A stretch of 64,000 nt of DNA, from positions 92,566,001 to 92,630,000 of the forward strand of contig NC_045701.1 in NCBI RefSeq assembly GCF_009834535.1. The letters run 5' to 3'. The notes under the pieces were generated by a model. It searched no databases. It saw only the letters and a program-made list of their open reading frames with translations, and was not told where the DNA came from. Position numbers and translations under genes: made by a program. Of the stretch, positions 12,205 through 24,106 are shown one piece after another (positions within the stretch are counted from its first letter, which is position 1; the number at the start of each line of letters is the position of its first letter). This DNA comes from Camelus ferus. Its lineage: Eukaryota.

Positions 12205-12430
12205 AGAGGCAGCGTTTACTGACTGTTTGCCACGTGCCAAGCGCGGTTTGGAGCCTTTTCTGTGCATTCGTCTAACCCTCATACCACCCTGGGAGGCAGG
12301 GCACTGTCACATCCCCACTTCTCAGGGACGCAGCTACAGAGTGGAGGGAGCCTGCTCAGGTCACCCGGGGGAAGGGGCAGGGTTGGGACGGGTCCAAAGC
12401 CCGGCTGCAGTCTGCCGTCCTGACCCCTTT
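12205..12430 (-). mobile_element. MIR remnant
   Basis: gtttactgactgtttgccacgtgccaagc...ctaaccctcataccaccctgggaggcagggcactgtcacatccccactt. Confidence 0.7.
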
Positions 12431-13145
12431 GCTGCTGTTAGACCTCTCTTGAAACCACTTGCCTAGAGACAGATTAAGGAGTCATTGAAATACGATCATA
12501 AAGAGCTTCTTACCAACTTGGAAAATCCTTATGTTATGTATTGTTATACAGACACCTCCCCCAAGGCATAAAACTATGCTTAGAAAAAAATGGCTAGAAG
12601 TATATATACAGAAATGTTTAAAGTGATTATCTTTGAGTCAGTCTTGAGATTTTAGGAATTTATCTTTTGTTTTTTTGTATGTTCAAAATTTCTAGGATTA
12701 GACTTTTTTCCTATACAGAAGGTTGCAAAAATCATTCCTAGAGTCTCTTAAACCCTTGCCCTGGTGTCTCAGCTTGTTCGTCAGTGACCCTCCTAACCAA
12801 CACCCGGCGCAGCATCAGCACCTTGTCCGCCTCCCAGTCCCCGCCGTGTGGGCTTCTCTCCAGCTGGTCGTATGAGCGCGTTCTCTAGACCAGCACGATC
12901 GGAACGCAGAGCTGCTCCACCTGCCACGCGGGGTGGCCTGGTGCTGCCTCCTTACAGCCATTCTGCCCCGCCACTCGGCTGACCGCAGCTGCGTCGTTTC
13001 AGGATGTTGTGCAGGTGGAACTGTACTGCACGTAACCTTCTGGGACCGGCTTTCTTCATTCCCTGTGGTGTTCTTAAGATCCATCCAAGTTGCTGAGTGT
13101 CCAATAGTTCATTCCTTTTCGTTGCTGAACAGTGTTCCGTCATCC

Positions 13146-13549
13146 TTTGGAAATTAATAAAGGGACCCGTCACTGGAATGGAGAGGGGGGCCCGCGGGGA
13201 GCGGCCCTGCAGCACCACTCCCAGCACCACTGAGGTCAGCTATGGAAGAACTGTCACTGCGGGCGCGGGAGAGGCGCCAGCCCCAGGTCCCTCCCACGAG
13301 AACGCCGCCTCAGCAGCTCGGCCAGTGAGGAGCTGTCACCACCCCGAACCATACACGTCTCCAGTGGACTCTGCTCAGAACAGCCCCTCCCAGCCTTCTC
13401 CTTTTTCTCTATACAATACTGTTCTTCCTCTTTGTCTGGGACATGGCTGTGGTTTTTGCCAGAGTTTGTCCCAAATTGCAATTCTCTGCTGTTTCTGAAT
13501 AAACCCATTTTTGCTGGTTAAATAACTACTTTTATTTTTAAGGTCAGCA
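13146..13549 (+). mobile_element. LTR-like insertion inside the L1M
   Basis: Interrupts collinear L1 sequence; ends gtttctgAATAAAcccatttttgctgg...ttttaaggtcagca like an LTR R/U5 end; family unassigned. Confidence 0.5.
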
Positions 13550-14020
13550 GTACCATTCACCTGTTGAAGGACATTGAGTTGTTTCCCGTTCTTGGCAATT
13601 GCACGTAAAGCCACTGTGGGTACTGATGGAGAGGCTTCTGTGTGAATGCAGATGCTCATTTCTCTGGGGTAGAAGCCCAGAAGTGCAGGCCCCGGCTGAC
13701 GTGGGAGGTCCACCTGCAGCTTTGTAAGACGTCCGTGGAGGCTACACCACTGCGCAGCTCTGCCGGCGTGGGTGAGACCCCCGTCCCCCACGTGCTTGCA
13801 GGCGCTGGGTGTTGGCACTGGTGTTCCCTCAGCCGCTCTGCAGGTGCGTCGTGATGTCTCCCTGCAGGTTGATGTGCGTCTCCTTAGTGCTCGCGAGGTG
13901 GGGCGCCTTTTCCTGTGCTGATTTGCCTTCTGTGTCTCTTCAGTGAGATGTCCACGTTTTTCACCTGTTTACTTTCTGATTGGGTGTTTGTCTTTTTACT
14001 GTTGAGGTTTGGGAGTTTTT

Positions 14021-14194
14021 GTTTTTGTTTTTTTTAACATTTTTTATTGATTTATAATCATTTTACAATGTTGTGTCAAATTCCAATGTAGAGCACAATT
14101 TTTCAGTTACACATGAACATACATATATGCATTGTCACATTTTTTTCTCTGTGAGCTGCCATATGATCTTGTGTATATTTCCCTGTGCTACACA
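14021..14194 (-). mobile_element. Young 5'-truncated L1 3' end with a perfect 17-bp TSD
   Basis: GAGGTTTGGGAGTTTTT at 14004-14020 and 14195-14211; T-rich tail then tttttattgatttataatcattttacaatg L1-type 3' UTR. Confidence 0.85.
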
Positions 14195-15439
14195 GAGGTT
14201 TGGGAGTTTTTAAAAAAATATATCCTAGATACAGTCTTTTGTTAGATGGGTGGCTTGCAAATATTTTCCCTTAGTCTATGTTTGGTCTTTTCACCTCTTA
14301 GCAGGGTATTTCATCGAGAAAAAGTTTTAAATGTTCGTGAGGCCTCATTTATCAGTTTGTCCTTCTATGGGTCATACTTCTGGTTCATGTGTAATGACTC
14401 TTCACCCAGCCTGAGGCTGCAAAGGTGGTTCTCCTGTGTGTTCTTATAAAAGTTCCATAGGTGCCTTTGTCTGTGGTCCATGTGGGTTAGCTTTTGTGGG
14501 CGGGGTGGGGCTTGCCTGTGGGTGTCCAGGTGTTCCAGCACCCCCGTTGTCCCGCCAGTGGGTGGCTTCCGCACCTCTGAGAAGCTCTGCGTGGGTGCAC
14601 TCGCCTGGGTCTGTTTCTCATTGTTTATTGCGTCCTGCTGCCTGTGTCTGTCTCTCCACCAGCACCGCCCTGTCTTCATCACTGTATATGAAAACTCAGC
14701 ACGAGCCAGGTGGATTCTTCCCACTTTAGTCTTCATTTTCAAAACTGTTTTAACTATTCCACTTTGCCTTTCCATGGGGATTTTAGAATTAGCTTGCCTA
14801 TATGCACAAGAAAAGCTTCCTGTGATTGTACTAGGAATTGTGCTGTCCTGTAGATCAGTTTGTGGAGAGTTCATGTTTTTGCTGCATTGAGTCTTCAGTC
14901 CCTGAACAAAGTGTGTCTCCATTTATTTAGGTCGTCTTCAGTTTCTTTAATCAGCATTGTGTTGTTTTCAAAGCATGCAGATCCTGTGCATGTTTTGCTA
15001 GATTTACACCTAAGTTTTTAGTTTAATTTAGAGTGATTAAATGGCATTGCATCTGTAACTCAGCTGTCCACATGTTCGTTTCTAGTATATAGGAATGCGA
15101 TTGAGTTTTGTGTGTTGTCATTATATCCTGTGACTTGCTGATTTCACTGATTAGTTCTAGGAGATGACTTTGGTTTTGTCATTACCTTGGGATTTTTATG
15201 TTTAAACAATCCTATCATTTGAAGATAAGGTGGGGGAGAAGGTGATGGAGATGGAAGTCTGGACTCTCCACTGGGTCTCCTGGTGGTGAGGGGAACCCCT
15301 GGGGGTAGACAGGGCAGGGGTCCAGACTCCACAGATGGGGAAGGAAAGCACCTCCCTGGACTACCCCATTTTTTAAAAGCTGTGTATTTATTGAGGGTTG
15401 CCCTTCTCTGCCCTTCCACTCGCTCTCATTTTTTAAAAA

Positions 15440-16985
15440 ATGATTTATTTATTATTACTATTTAAAAAATTTTATTTTTTAATTTTTAAACACCTTTATT
15501 ATGGTATGATTCCTGTACAGTAAACTACACATAGATGTACAATTTGATGACTTTTGATAGATGTAGACACTCATGAAACTACTGCCACAATCAAGGTAGC
15601 TAACATTTCCATCACTCTCCAATAGGTGCAAGTTTTGAACTCCCAATTTATCCCTTCCCACCCGCTTTATGCCCTGGTAACCATAAGTTTGTTCTCTATG
15701 TCTGTGAGTCTGTTTCTGATTTGTAGATAAGTTCATATGTGTCCTTTTTTTTTAAGAGCCCACATGTAAGTGATGCTATATGGTATTTTTCTTCCTCTTT
15801 ATGGCTTGCTTCACTTAGAATGACCATGCCCAGGTCCATCCATGCTGCTGCAAATGGCATTATTTTATCTTTTTTATTGATGAGTACTATTCCATTGTAC
15901 AAATATGCCACAGCTACTTTATCCAGTCCTCTGTCAGTGGACATTTAGGTTGCTTCTGTATCTTGGCTATTGTAAATAGTGCTGCTGTGAACATTGGGGT
16001 GCTTGTGTCTTCGGATTATATTTTCCTCCAGATAATATGCCCAGGAGTGAGATTGCTGGATCACATGGTAAGTTTATTTTTAGTTTTTAAAGGAAACTCC
16101 ATACTGTCCTCCACAGTGGCTTCCCCAATTTGCATTCCCGCCAGCAGTGCAGGAGGGCTCCCTTTTCTCCACACCCTCCCCAGCATCTGTCGTCGTGGAC
16201 TTTCGGTGACGGCCGCTCTGGCTGGTGTGAGGCAGGACCTCGCTGCAGTTTTGATTTGCGCTTCTCTGACAGTTATGACGCTGAGCGTCTTCTCACGTGC
16301 CTGTTGGCCGTCTGTCTGTCTTCTTTGGAGAGGTGTCTGTTTAGGCCTTCTGCCCATTTTTTGATTGTGTTGCTCATTACTATTTTTTTTGATACTAAGC
16401 TGCATGAGCTGTTTGTATATTCTGGGAATTCGNNNNNNNNNNNNNNNNNNNNNNNNNNNNNNNNNNNNNNNNNNNNNNNNNNNNNNNNNNNNNNNNNNNN
16501 NNNNNNNNNNNNNNNNNNNNNNNNNNNNNNNNNNNNNNNNNNNNNNNNNNNNNNNNNNNNNTTTTATTTCCATGACTTCAGGAGCTGGTTCAAAAAAAAA
16601 TATCGCTGTGATTGGTGTCATCCTCTAGGGGTTTTACAGTATCTGGTCTTACGTTTAGGTCTTTAATCCATTTGAGTTTATGTTTGTACACGGTGTTAGG
16701 GAATGTTCTAATTTCAGTCTTTTATAGGCAGCTGTCCAGTTTCCCAGCGCTGCTTGTTGAAGAGACTGTCTTTTCTCCCCTGTGTGTTCCTGCCTCCTTT
16801 GCTGTAGATTAATGGACCATACGTGCGTGGGTTTACTTTTGGACTTCCTTTTTCCATTGGTCTATGTGTCTGTTTTTGTGCCTGTCCCATACTGTTTTGG
16901 TTACTGTAGCTTTGTAGCATAGCCTGAAGTCAGGGAGCCTGACTCCCTCAGCTCTGTTCTTTTTCAAGACTGTTTTGGCTATTGT
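15440..16985 (-). mobile_element. L1 3' region(s), antisense, relatively young, spanning the second gap
   Basis: ORF 15696-15944(-) ...KIMPFAAAWMDLGMVILSE... is the L1 ORF2 C-terminus; ORF 16714-16920(-) resembles ORF2 YSNQNSM region. Confidence 0.9.
16433..16561. other. Assembly gap (129 N)
   Basis: Run of N. Confidence 0.99.
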
Positions 16986-17532
16986 GTAGATGCGTCCTTC
17001 AAGACAGCTGCTTTGTGTCGGATGAGTGATTACACACAGAGAACTAAAAGCCAGGCCTGGCCCACAGAGACCATCCTATGAACGGATGTTCTCTCGTGAT
17101 TATATTGCTTGTGGAACAGAAACTCCCTTATCCCAAAACACAATAAAATGAGAGAGAGCAGGGCCATACATGACAAACCCACAGCTTCTCTTGCCAACTT
17201 CATCACTTTTGTTTAGTGACCTCTGCATTTTTACCAGTATAAACCAGCATGCATTTGCAGGAAGTGTGTGGCATTCAGCATGTTTGGATTTCCACTGCAT
17301 TCTGGGCGCAGGTTGTTTGCTTTAGAAGCAGCACCGGGTTTTATCCTGTACACCGCTGAGTGGGGGTCAGCACTTCGGCTGTGTGTATACGATGACTTCT
17401 CCTAAAGTGTTTACTGACCTGGCTTGGCAGAAGAGAACAGATCTTCTTTATGTTTAATGGTTATTCTTAAATATATCTTTATGCTTGTGTTAAAGTAATT
17501 AATGCCAAAGTTCCAATGTTTTTCCTTTGAAG

Positions 17533-17630
17533 GCCGTGCCGGACGAGTGTCTAAAGGATACTGTTACAGACTTGTATACAAGGAGTTCTGGGACAACTCC
17601 ATCCCTGACCATGTCATTCCTGAGATGTTG
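17533..17630 (+). CDS. TDRD9: TDRD9 exon 7/29 (second half of motif VI)
   Basis: cctttgaag| (G)RAGRVSKGYCYRLVYKEFWDNSIPDHVIPEML |gtaata. Confidence 0.96.
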
Positions 17631-18079
17631 GTAATAAACTTTGGGCATCTTCACCCCTTGTTTTTTATAGACAGTTTTACTGAGCAGTCTAAGTGATATA
17701 ATTTTGGGTGTCATATAATTTTGATCCTGGAAAAATCAGTCTGACCAGAATCGTCTTGAGTTGCAGTACCAGCTTCCATTCATTAAGCACCAGGCCCTTG
17801 GCCGTGGACTTCACAGCTGTGTTCCTTCCTAACGAACCCAGCCTTGGGCATCTGCGGCTCCCAGGGGGCTCTTTCCTTTTGTAATTCAGGCTCTGTCCCT
17901 CTCCCCCGCATCCTCTGCTCCTTCTCACCCTTTCCCTTCCCTTTCTCCCTCCCGCCCCCCTTCCCTTTCTTCTCTTTCCCTCTCTCCTGCTTCTCTCTCT
18001 AAAAGTACTGGTCACGGGAATAGGTTCATTGTGATTTACTTATTTTACTGTTTCTGAATTTAAGTTGTGTTCTTTTCAG

Positions 18080-18211
18080 CGCTGTCCCTTGGGAAGCACA
18101 GTGTTGAAAGTGAAGTTACTTGACATGGGTGAACCGAGAGCCTTGCTGGCCACGGCCCTATCCCCGCCCAGCCTGAGTGGCCTGGAGCGCACCATCCTGC
18201 TGCTGAAGGAG
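18080..18211 (+). CDS. TDRD9: TDRD9 exon 8/29
   Basis: tcttttcag| RCPLGSTVLKVKLLDMGEPRALLATALSPPSLSGLERTILLLKE |gtagga. Confidence 0.96.
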
Positions 18212-19141
18212 GTAGGACCCTGCTGCCGGGCCGTGCTGGGGAAGCTCAGATTCCAGGGTGAATTTCAGAAGTCTCGCACTGCAGCTCTCTTGAAGGTATC
18301 CTGACAGTTGTGAATACTCAGCGTTTGCTTGGGGAAGCACGTGTGGTGACTGGTTGTTGGTTCCGGATTTCACACGCATCATCTGGACCAATTTGTTTGT
18401 TGTCTTGCTGAGGCGCCTCCTCCCCTACCTCTCTCCCCATCACTGTCCCCTTTGCTGAGAAGCAATGGGCTGTGGGCACCAGTGAGCCCTGTTCTCCGCT
18501 GTTGCTGCATCAGTCTTCTCCTCACTTCCCTCAAGTTCTGCCCTTCACCCTCATCCTGGCTTCTCCTCCTCCTGGTGCTAGATGCCCCGCTCTGCTCCTT
18601 GGAGTCTGACCACACACCTGACTCACGCCCTGCTCTTGCTACTGGCACCTGTGCCCGGGCACGAGCTGCGTCCTGGTCTCCCTGCTGTTGGTCAGGGCTG
18701 TGGATGTTCTGCCTCCGGTCCTTGACTTTGGGGGCACCTCTGATACCTCCGACACCTGCTTGGGTGTCCATGAAATGCACTCAGGGAAGATGAGGAAGCT
18801 TTTCTGTGCACAGTGGGTCCACTTTGTTGTGAGTGCCCACCGCGGTGTGGTGGTCGGGCTTTCGGCTTTGTGTTGGGCACGCCATGGTCATTTGTGAGTT
18901 AAGTAGACGTCTGTGGGCATATCCTTGAGTGTTACCTCCCGGTATTAAAAACAATGTGCTCTAACTTCCAAAAGACAAATTTAAAACCTTTTTGGTAGTA
19001 TCAGTCTTTCTGACATTGACTTAGATGTCTTTTAGAACCTGATTCACCAAAATTTGGTCTTCATTTCCTGTTTTAAACTCCCTGCCTGAAGGAGAAAGAG
19101 TGAATTGATGCTTGCTGATGGCACTAACTGATTCTATAAAG

Positions 19142-19307
19142 GTTGGAGCGCTTGCAGTGAGCGGGCAGAGAGAGGATGAGAACCCCCATGACGGTGAACT
19201 GACCTTCTTAGGAAGAGTGTTAGCCCAGCTTCCTGTCAGCCAGCAGCTCGGGAAACTCATCGTCCTCGGACACGTGTTTGGGTGCCTGGACGAGTGTCTT
19301 ATCATAG
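19142..19307 (+). CDS. TDRD9: TDRD9 exon 9/29 (HA2-like region)
   Basis: ctataaag| VGALAVSGQREDENPHDGELTFLGRVLAQLPVSQQLGKLIVLGHVFGCLDECLII(A) |gtgagt. Confidence 0.96.
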
Positions 19308-19388
19308 GTGAGTGGGGGGCAGAGAGCTGGAGGCGGGGTGTGCAGCGCCCCGCTGCCGTCTGACGTTCTGTGTCTTTTCTCTTGTTAG

Positions 19389-19452
19389 CGGCATCTCTTT
19401 CGTTGAAGAATTTTTTTGCAATGCCTTTTAGGCAGCATCTGGATGGATATAG
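19389..19452 (+). CDS. TDRD9: TDRD9 exon 10/29
   Basis: cttgttag| (A)ASLSLKNFFAMPFRQHLDGY(R) |gtattt. Confidence 0.95.
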
Positions 19453-19529
19453 GTATTTAACATTCATGTTTTTAAAAGCCACTGTTGTTTTAATGGTATC
19501 AAATGACATTCTTTGTTATCTGTTTATAG

Positions 19530-19593
19530 GAACAAAGTGAATTTCTCTGGCAACAGTAAGAGTGACTGTATCGCACTTGTTGAAGCATTTAAA
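19530..19593 (+). CDS. TDRD9: TDRD9 exon 11/29
   Basis: tgtttatag| (R)NKVNFSGNSKSDCIALVEAFK |gtaagt. Confidence 0.95.
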
Positions 19594-19855
19594 GTAAGTT
19601 TTCTCTGTGCTGCGGAGCAGCCACCAGAGATTGTTACTGCAGCTTTCTCTCAGAAGCTCTGTTAGGGCTTTTAATGTCCAATATTAAATAAACTGTGTTG
19701 GAAGAAGTAGATGGGGTGACAGTCCAGAACTATGAAAGTTGAGTGAAAAAAATTAAATTCATAAATTTTCTGTGGTCAGAATGTGTTGAAATTGAACTTT
19801 TAAAAAATTCAATTAGCCAGTGAAGTGTGTGAACCCGTGGGCCGTTTATTTTCAG

Positions 19856-19900
19856 GCTTGGCAGGCTTGCAGACAGCGAGGAGAGCTGCGGCACCCAAAG
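19856..19900 (+). CDS. TDRD9: TDRD9 exon 12/29
   Basis: attttcag| AWQACRQRGELRHPK |gtcggt. Confidence 0.93.
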
Positions 19901-20409
19901 GTCGGTGGGCTGTGTCTGTCTGTGTCGTGAGGTGGGGCCGGACGGCGGGGGCCCCTGGGAACCTGTCCTCTGCCGCAGGCCGGCCCGGGGCGTCGGGCCC
20001 CTTCCCTGCCGGCCCCCGGTGCCTGTGGGCACGCGCCCAGATGTGTTCTCTCAAAACTGAGAACCTGAAGCTTTTCTGCTGCGGTTGTCGGCCAGGCTTT
20101 AGATGATGGGCTTAAACAGCTCATTCTGTTAGCCTTCGTTTTGTGGCAGGTTTGGGGGCGGGGGAGAGCAGTCAGGCTCTGCTCTTCGGCTGTTGATGGC
20201 AGTGTATTTACATTTGCCGCGTCTGGTCGTCTGGACGTATCCTTAACGTGACTACACTCGCTAACGCTGCCTCTCGGTCGTGTTATTTTTCTTCGTAGTA
20301 TATGTTCTCTATGGTATATATTTTTAGCTGAGATACACATTTTATGGTAGCTGAATTAGCTTTAATGTTTTACATTAATACTGAGTATTACCTTTTTGTG
20401 TATGTAAAG

Positions 20410-20463
20410 GATGAACTTGACTGGGGACGGTTAAATTACATTCAAATCAAGAGAATTAGAGAG
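20410..20463 (+). CDS. TDRD9: TDRD9 exon 13/29
   Basis: tatgtaaag| DELDWGRLNYIQIKRIRE |gtaagt. Confidence 0.95.
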
Positions 20464-20791
20464 GTAAGTTGTGAATTCTATGAATGCAAATGAAGATGAC
20501 TTATCAAATGTTTATCAGATACCAGTAACACACAGGGTAGTAATGAGTATTTTAAGAAATACATTTTCTGTTTCCAGCTTTAGTAGAATTTATGTGTATA
20601 TAATTAATAATACAATTACTATGTTTATATAATAGTTGATGAACATTTTTATACTTGCATATAATTACATATTTTATATAATGTAATTACATGTAGTTTT
20701 AGGTAACACTCTTACCATTTCAAAATTGTTACCATCTTCTTTCTCATTTTGCATGTTATGTAGTTGTGTCCTCTGATTCTGATTAGATTTG

Positions 20792-21320
20792 TGTGTTTGG
20801 GGGTCCCCGAGACCACCCTTGGGTCCAGCGATTCACTAGAAGAGCTCACAGAATTCAGAAAAGCTGTTCCATTCATGGTTATGGCTTATTATAGCTAAGG
20901 AGACAGATGAGAATCAGCCAGGGTAAAGGGTGTGCGGGGAGGAGCCGGAGGAGACTGCATGCCAGCGTCCTCTCCAGGCGGGGTCTCCCGGGCAGCACCA
21001 GGTGACACCAGGCAACACCAGGCACCAAGTACTGCTTGTAGGGAGGCTCCCCCCGCCTCGGTGTCCAGGGTTTTCTGGAGGTTGGGTATATAGGCATGGG
21101 GTGCCCTGTGGCTTATGTTACCTCCTTAGTGTTAGCCCTGCCAGAGGTCACTGCTGGCCAAGGCCCCCACCATGCAGAAGTCACACTGCTCCTCCCTGCC
21201 GCTGGTTGTGGCCAGGGCCTCAGGTACACAGAGACACTCTTATGAGGCAGGATGTTCCAAGGGCCTGGAGGTGACCTGCCAGGAGCCAGACCTTTCTTTG
21301 GAACGTCCGGGCTGTGGGCA
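20792..21320 (-). mobile_element. MER21-like ERVL LTR
   Basis: tgtgtttgggggtccccgagaccacccttgggtccagcgattcactagaagagctcacagaattcag matches the recalled reverse-complement MER21C end. Confidence 0.7.
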
Positions 21321-22486
21321 CCGCAGGCCTGCTGAGTTGGTTGGCAAGATGCTTAGTGTGTGCTGTGCGTGTTTAGAGAACTGACTCTGGGCTTGGTGTG
21401 CCAGCTTTGCTGTGCAGGTGCTCTGGGGGTGGAGGAGAAATGGGGGGTGTTCCAGCTGATTGCTTTTTGCTTTTTTTCATTAATTTAGTTCTTCTGTGTC
21501 TCTTGGTTTACTTTTTTAGTCTTACTGAGATGAGAATTTAATTTATTAATATTTCAGTCTTTCTGGTTAGCAGCATTTAAAGGTTTGCGTTTTCCTGTGA
21601 GCACAGCTGGGGCCACACCCCTTTGGTGTTTGACATGTAGGGTCTTGGTGTTATTCCTGCTCGGAACACAGCTGTGGTAGTGTCGTCTTCCTCCTCGACT
21701 CAAGATTTTTTAGAAGGATTTGAGTTTGCAGGTAGAAATATTTTCAGATGTCTTGTCTTGTTGTTAATTTTAAAAGTGTTACTGTGTCTGGGTCAGAGAA
21801 GGTGCCTGGTATGATTTTAAGTTGTTTTTAATTAGAGAAGTCGCCTGTGCCACGGCCCACGGAGGATGTCAGTGGCATGGACACACACGGGCTGCCATGT
21901 GGACAGGCCTGGCCCTTCCTCCCCTGTCCCTAGGCTTCCTCCCTCCTCGCAGGTCCTGGCTTTTAGGAGTTTCCTTTTTGTAATTATTGAGATAATTTCG
22001 TGGTGAGTTCACAGGTATTGGGAGTTGTGTGCTCTTATGAGTGTGCATTTGAAGTTTGATGTGTTCTGTGTGAGATGAGTTTTATTGAAACGAGGTGGGA
22101 CTTTTCGGTTGAGTGACTGGCCATTGGTTACTTTGTTTTTAATCATAGAAGCCATGTACGTTTATGGCAGAAGTTCTGGAAGTGTTTAGAGGACCGAAAG
22201 CCAAGGCTGGGGTCGTGGCCACCTGTTCTTCTGATGCCTGCAGGCACATGGCTGTGCACGTGCGGTGGTCTCGTGTGTGCGCGCGCGTGCGTGCACAGCT
22301 TTGTGTGCGGGTGTTTTCTGCTGGGGTCCTGAGCGTCCACTCCGTTCTTCACTAAGCAGCCTTTAGTGAGACGGCTGACGGCTGCGGCGCCGCCTCTGGC
22401 CGATGGCCCGCTGTTTCCCCGTGCCGTGCCGCTGCTCTGAGCAGCGTGTGGCCTCGGAGATGTCACTTCCCATGTGTTTTTCGTAG

Positions 22487-22603
22487 GTTGCTGAGTTGTA
22501 CGAAGAACTGAAGACTAGAATCTCCCAGTTCAACATGTATGTTGATTCCCGGCGGCCTGTCATGGACCAAGAGTATGTCTATAAGCAGCGCTTCATCCTG
22601 CAG
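22487..22603 (+). CDS. TDRD9: TDRD9 exon 14/29
   Basis: tttcgtag| VAELYEELKTRISQFNMYVDSRRPVMDQEYVYKQRFILQ |gtgcgc. Confidence 0.96.
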
Positions 22604-23474
22604 GTGCGCTGGGGCCCCTGGCGTCGTCTCCCGGCTCTTCTCATTAGGTCTCATGGTGGTGGAAGTGCGTACTCCCCCTTTCTGATGCAGATCATGCCTC
22701 AAAGGAGGTTTTAGGTTACAGGTTCATACTGTGTTTGGGAATCAGGAAAAACTCTGGTCTTGCTTAGTTTAGGTTTTCTTTCTCTAATCTCTGGAGCAGT
22801 GTTTCTAAAAGAGTGCTGACTTTATCACTGCTCCGGGAGAGAGTCTTCTGCTGTATGTAGCTTTTAAGTAAAAATGTTCTTAATATTATTAGGTCATTCT
22901 TCTTTTACACTGAAAAATTGCTTTACCTTTGGAGGCCATAATCAGTTAGCTTTTGGACGTAACCTTCTAGGGATTGTGTGGAGGGAAGAGTAGACAAGGG
23001 GCCAGTGCTGCTGATTTCGGGGTTCTGAGAAGCACGCTCTGGAAGCGCCAGTGCTCTGGCCGGGGCGTGTGGAGCCGGTTCTAGGAAGAGACTGTAAACT
23101 GGGTGATGCTGGAAAAGGGAGTGTTTTCCTAGATGTCAGGTTGTTAAGGTTGGGGAAGTCTTCCATGGCTGTATGTTTCAAATGGTCTATTTTTATTGAA
23201 GAAGGGATCTTGGCAAAGTGCTTCTTAGAAGTGAGTATTGGGTACAAGCCTGCTGCACTAGATCTGAGTATCCCAGTTGGAATTTTATCTGAACATTTGG
23301 GAAAGTGCCTGACCCATAAAAGTAAGTACGTCGGGGAGAAGGTAGAAAAAGCAGACTAGTCTTGGGCTCTGAGCTGTTGCCTCAGCCTCAGGCTGGGAAG
23401 TGCTCAAGCTCCTTTGAAGAAAGACCATGTGGAAAGGGTTTCTGATATGGTGGAGTAACCAGCATTGTGACTTT

Positions 23475-24106
23475 TTTTTTTCATTTTTCTGTTTTATTAG
23501 GTAAAGTTGCTACAATTTGACTGCACATGCACAATATATTGCATGTAAATACACACAATATACTGCACGTATTTTTTAAAATTTACATGTATGTACTGTT
23601 CATTGTTTCTAAGAACATTTAGAGCTTTAGCTTTTTAAACTTACATAGTTATCAAGGAATAAAGCCAACCACAAAATAAAAATTAATTTAAAAAGATACA
23701 CACATTCCACTGTTAAAAGCAACATTCTTTAGAATTGCCAAGATATGAACACATCCTAAGTGCATGTCAACAGATGAATGGATAAAGAAGAGGCAGCATG
23801 TATTTGTCATGGAACACAACTCAGCCATAAAAAAGGATATTTTGCCATTTGTGGCCCTTCATTCACTTTTTTTCCCTTCAAAAACCCAGTTTTGTAACTG
23901 GCATAAACATTTCCATTGCATCAAAAACAACAAAATACCTAGAAATCAGCTTAACCAAGGAGGTTACCTATACTCTGAAACCTGTAAAACATTGATGAAG
24001 GAAACTGAAGATGATACAAAGAAATGGAAAGATGTCTTGTGCTCTTGGATTGGAAGAATCAACTTTATCAAAATGGACGTACTACCCAAAGCAATCTGCA
24101 GACCCA
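23475..24106 (-). pseudogene. 5'-truncated retrocopy of an unidentified polyadenylated 3' UTR containing two L1 ORF2 fragments
   Basis: 15-bp TSD CAGCATTGTGACTTT at 23460-23474 and 24107-24121; T10 tail at 23472-23481; minus-strand AATAAA (TTTATT 23493-23498) 11 nt from the tail. Confidence 0.8.

Larger units (their letters stand above)
12700..15170 (-). mobile_element. Old L1M, antisense, hosting two later insertions
   Basis: ttcttaagatccatccaagttgctgagtgt...ttgctgaacagtgttcc resumes at taccattcacctgttgaaggacattg and continues through ORF2-type sequence. Confidence 0.8.

Noticed and set aside
18212-19141. Possible U12 intron (branch point close to AG, no pyrimidine tract)
   Set aside because: Donor is GTAGGA, not RTATCCTT. 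The GTATTT donors at 19453 and 29732 also miss the U12 consensus.
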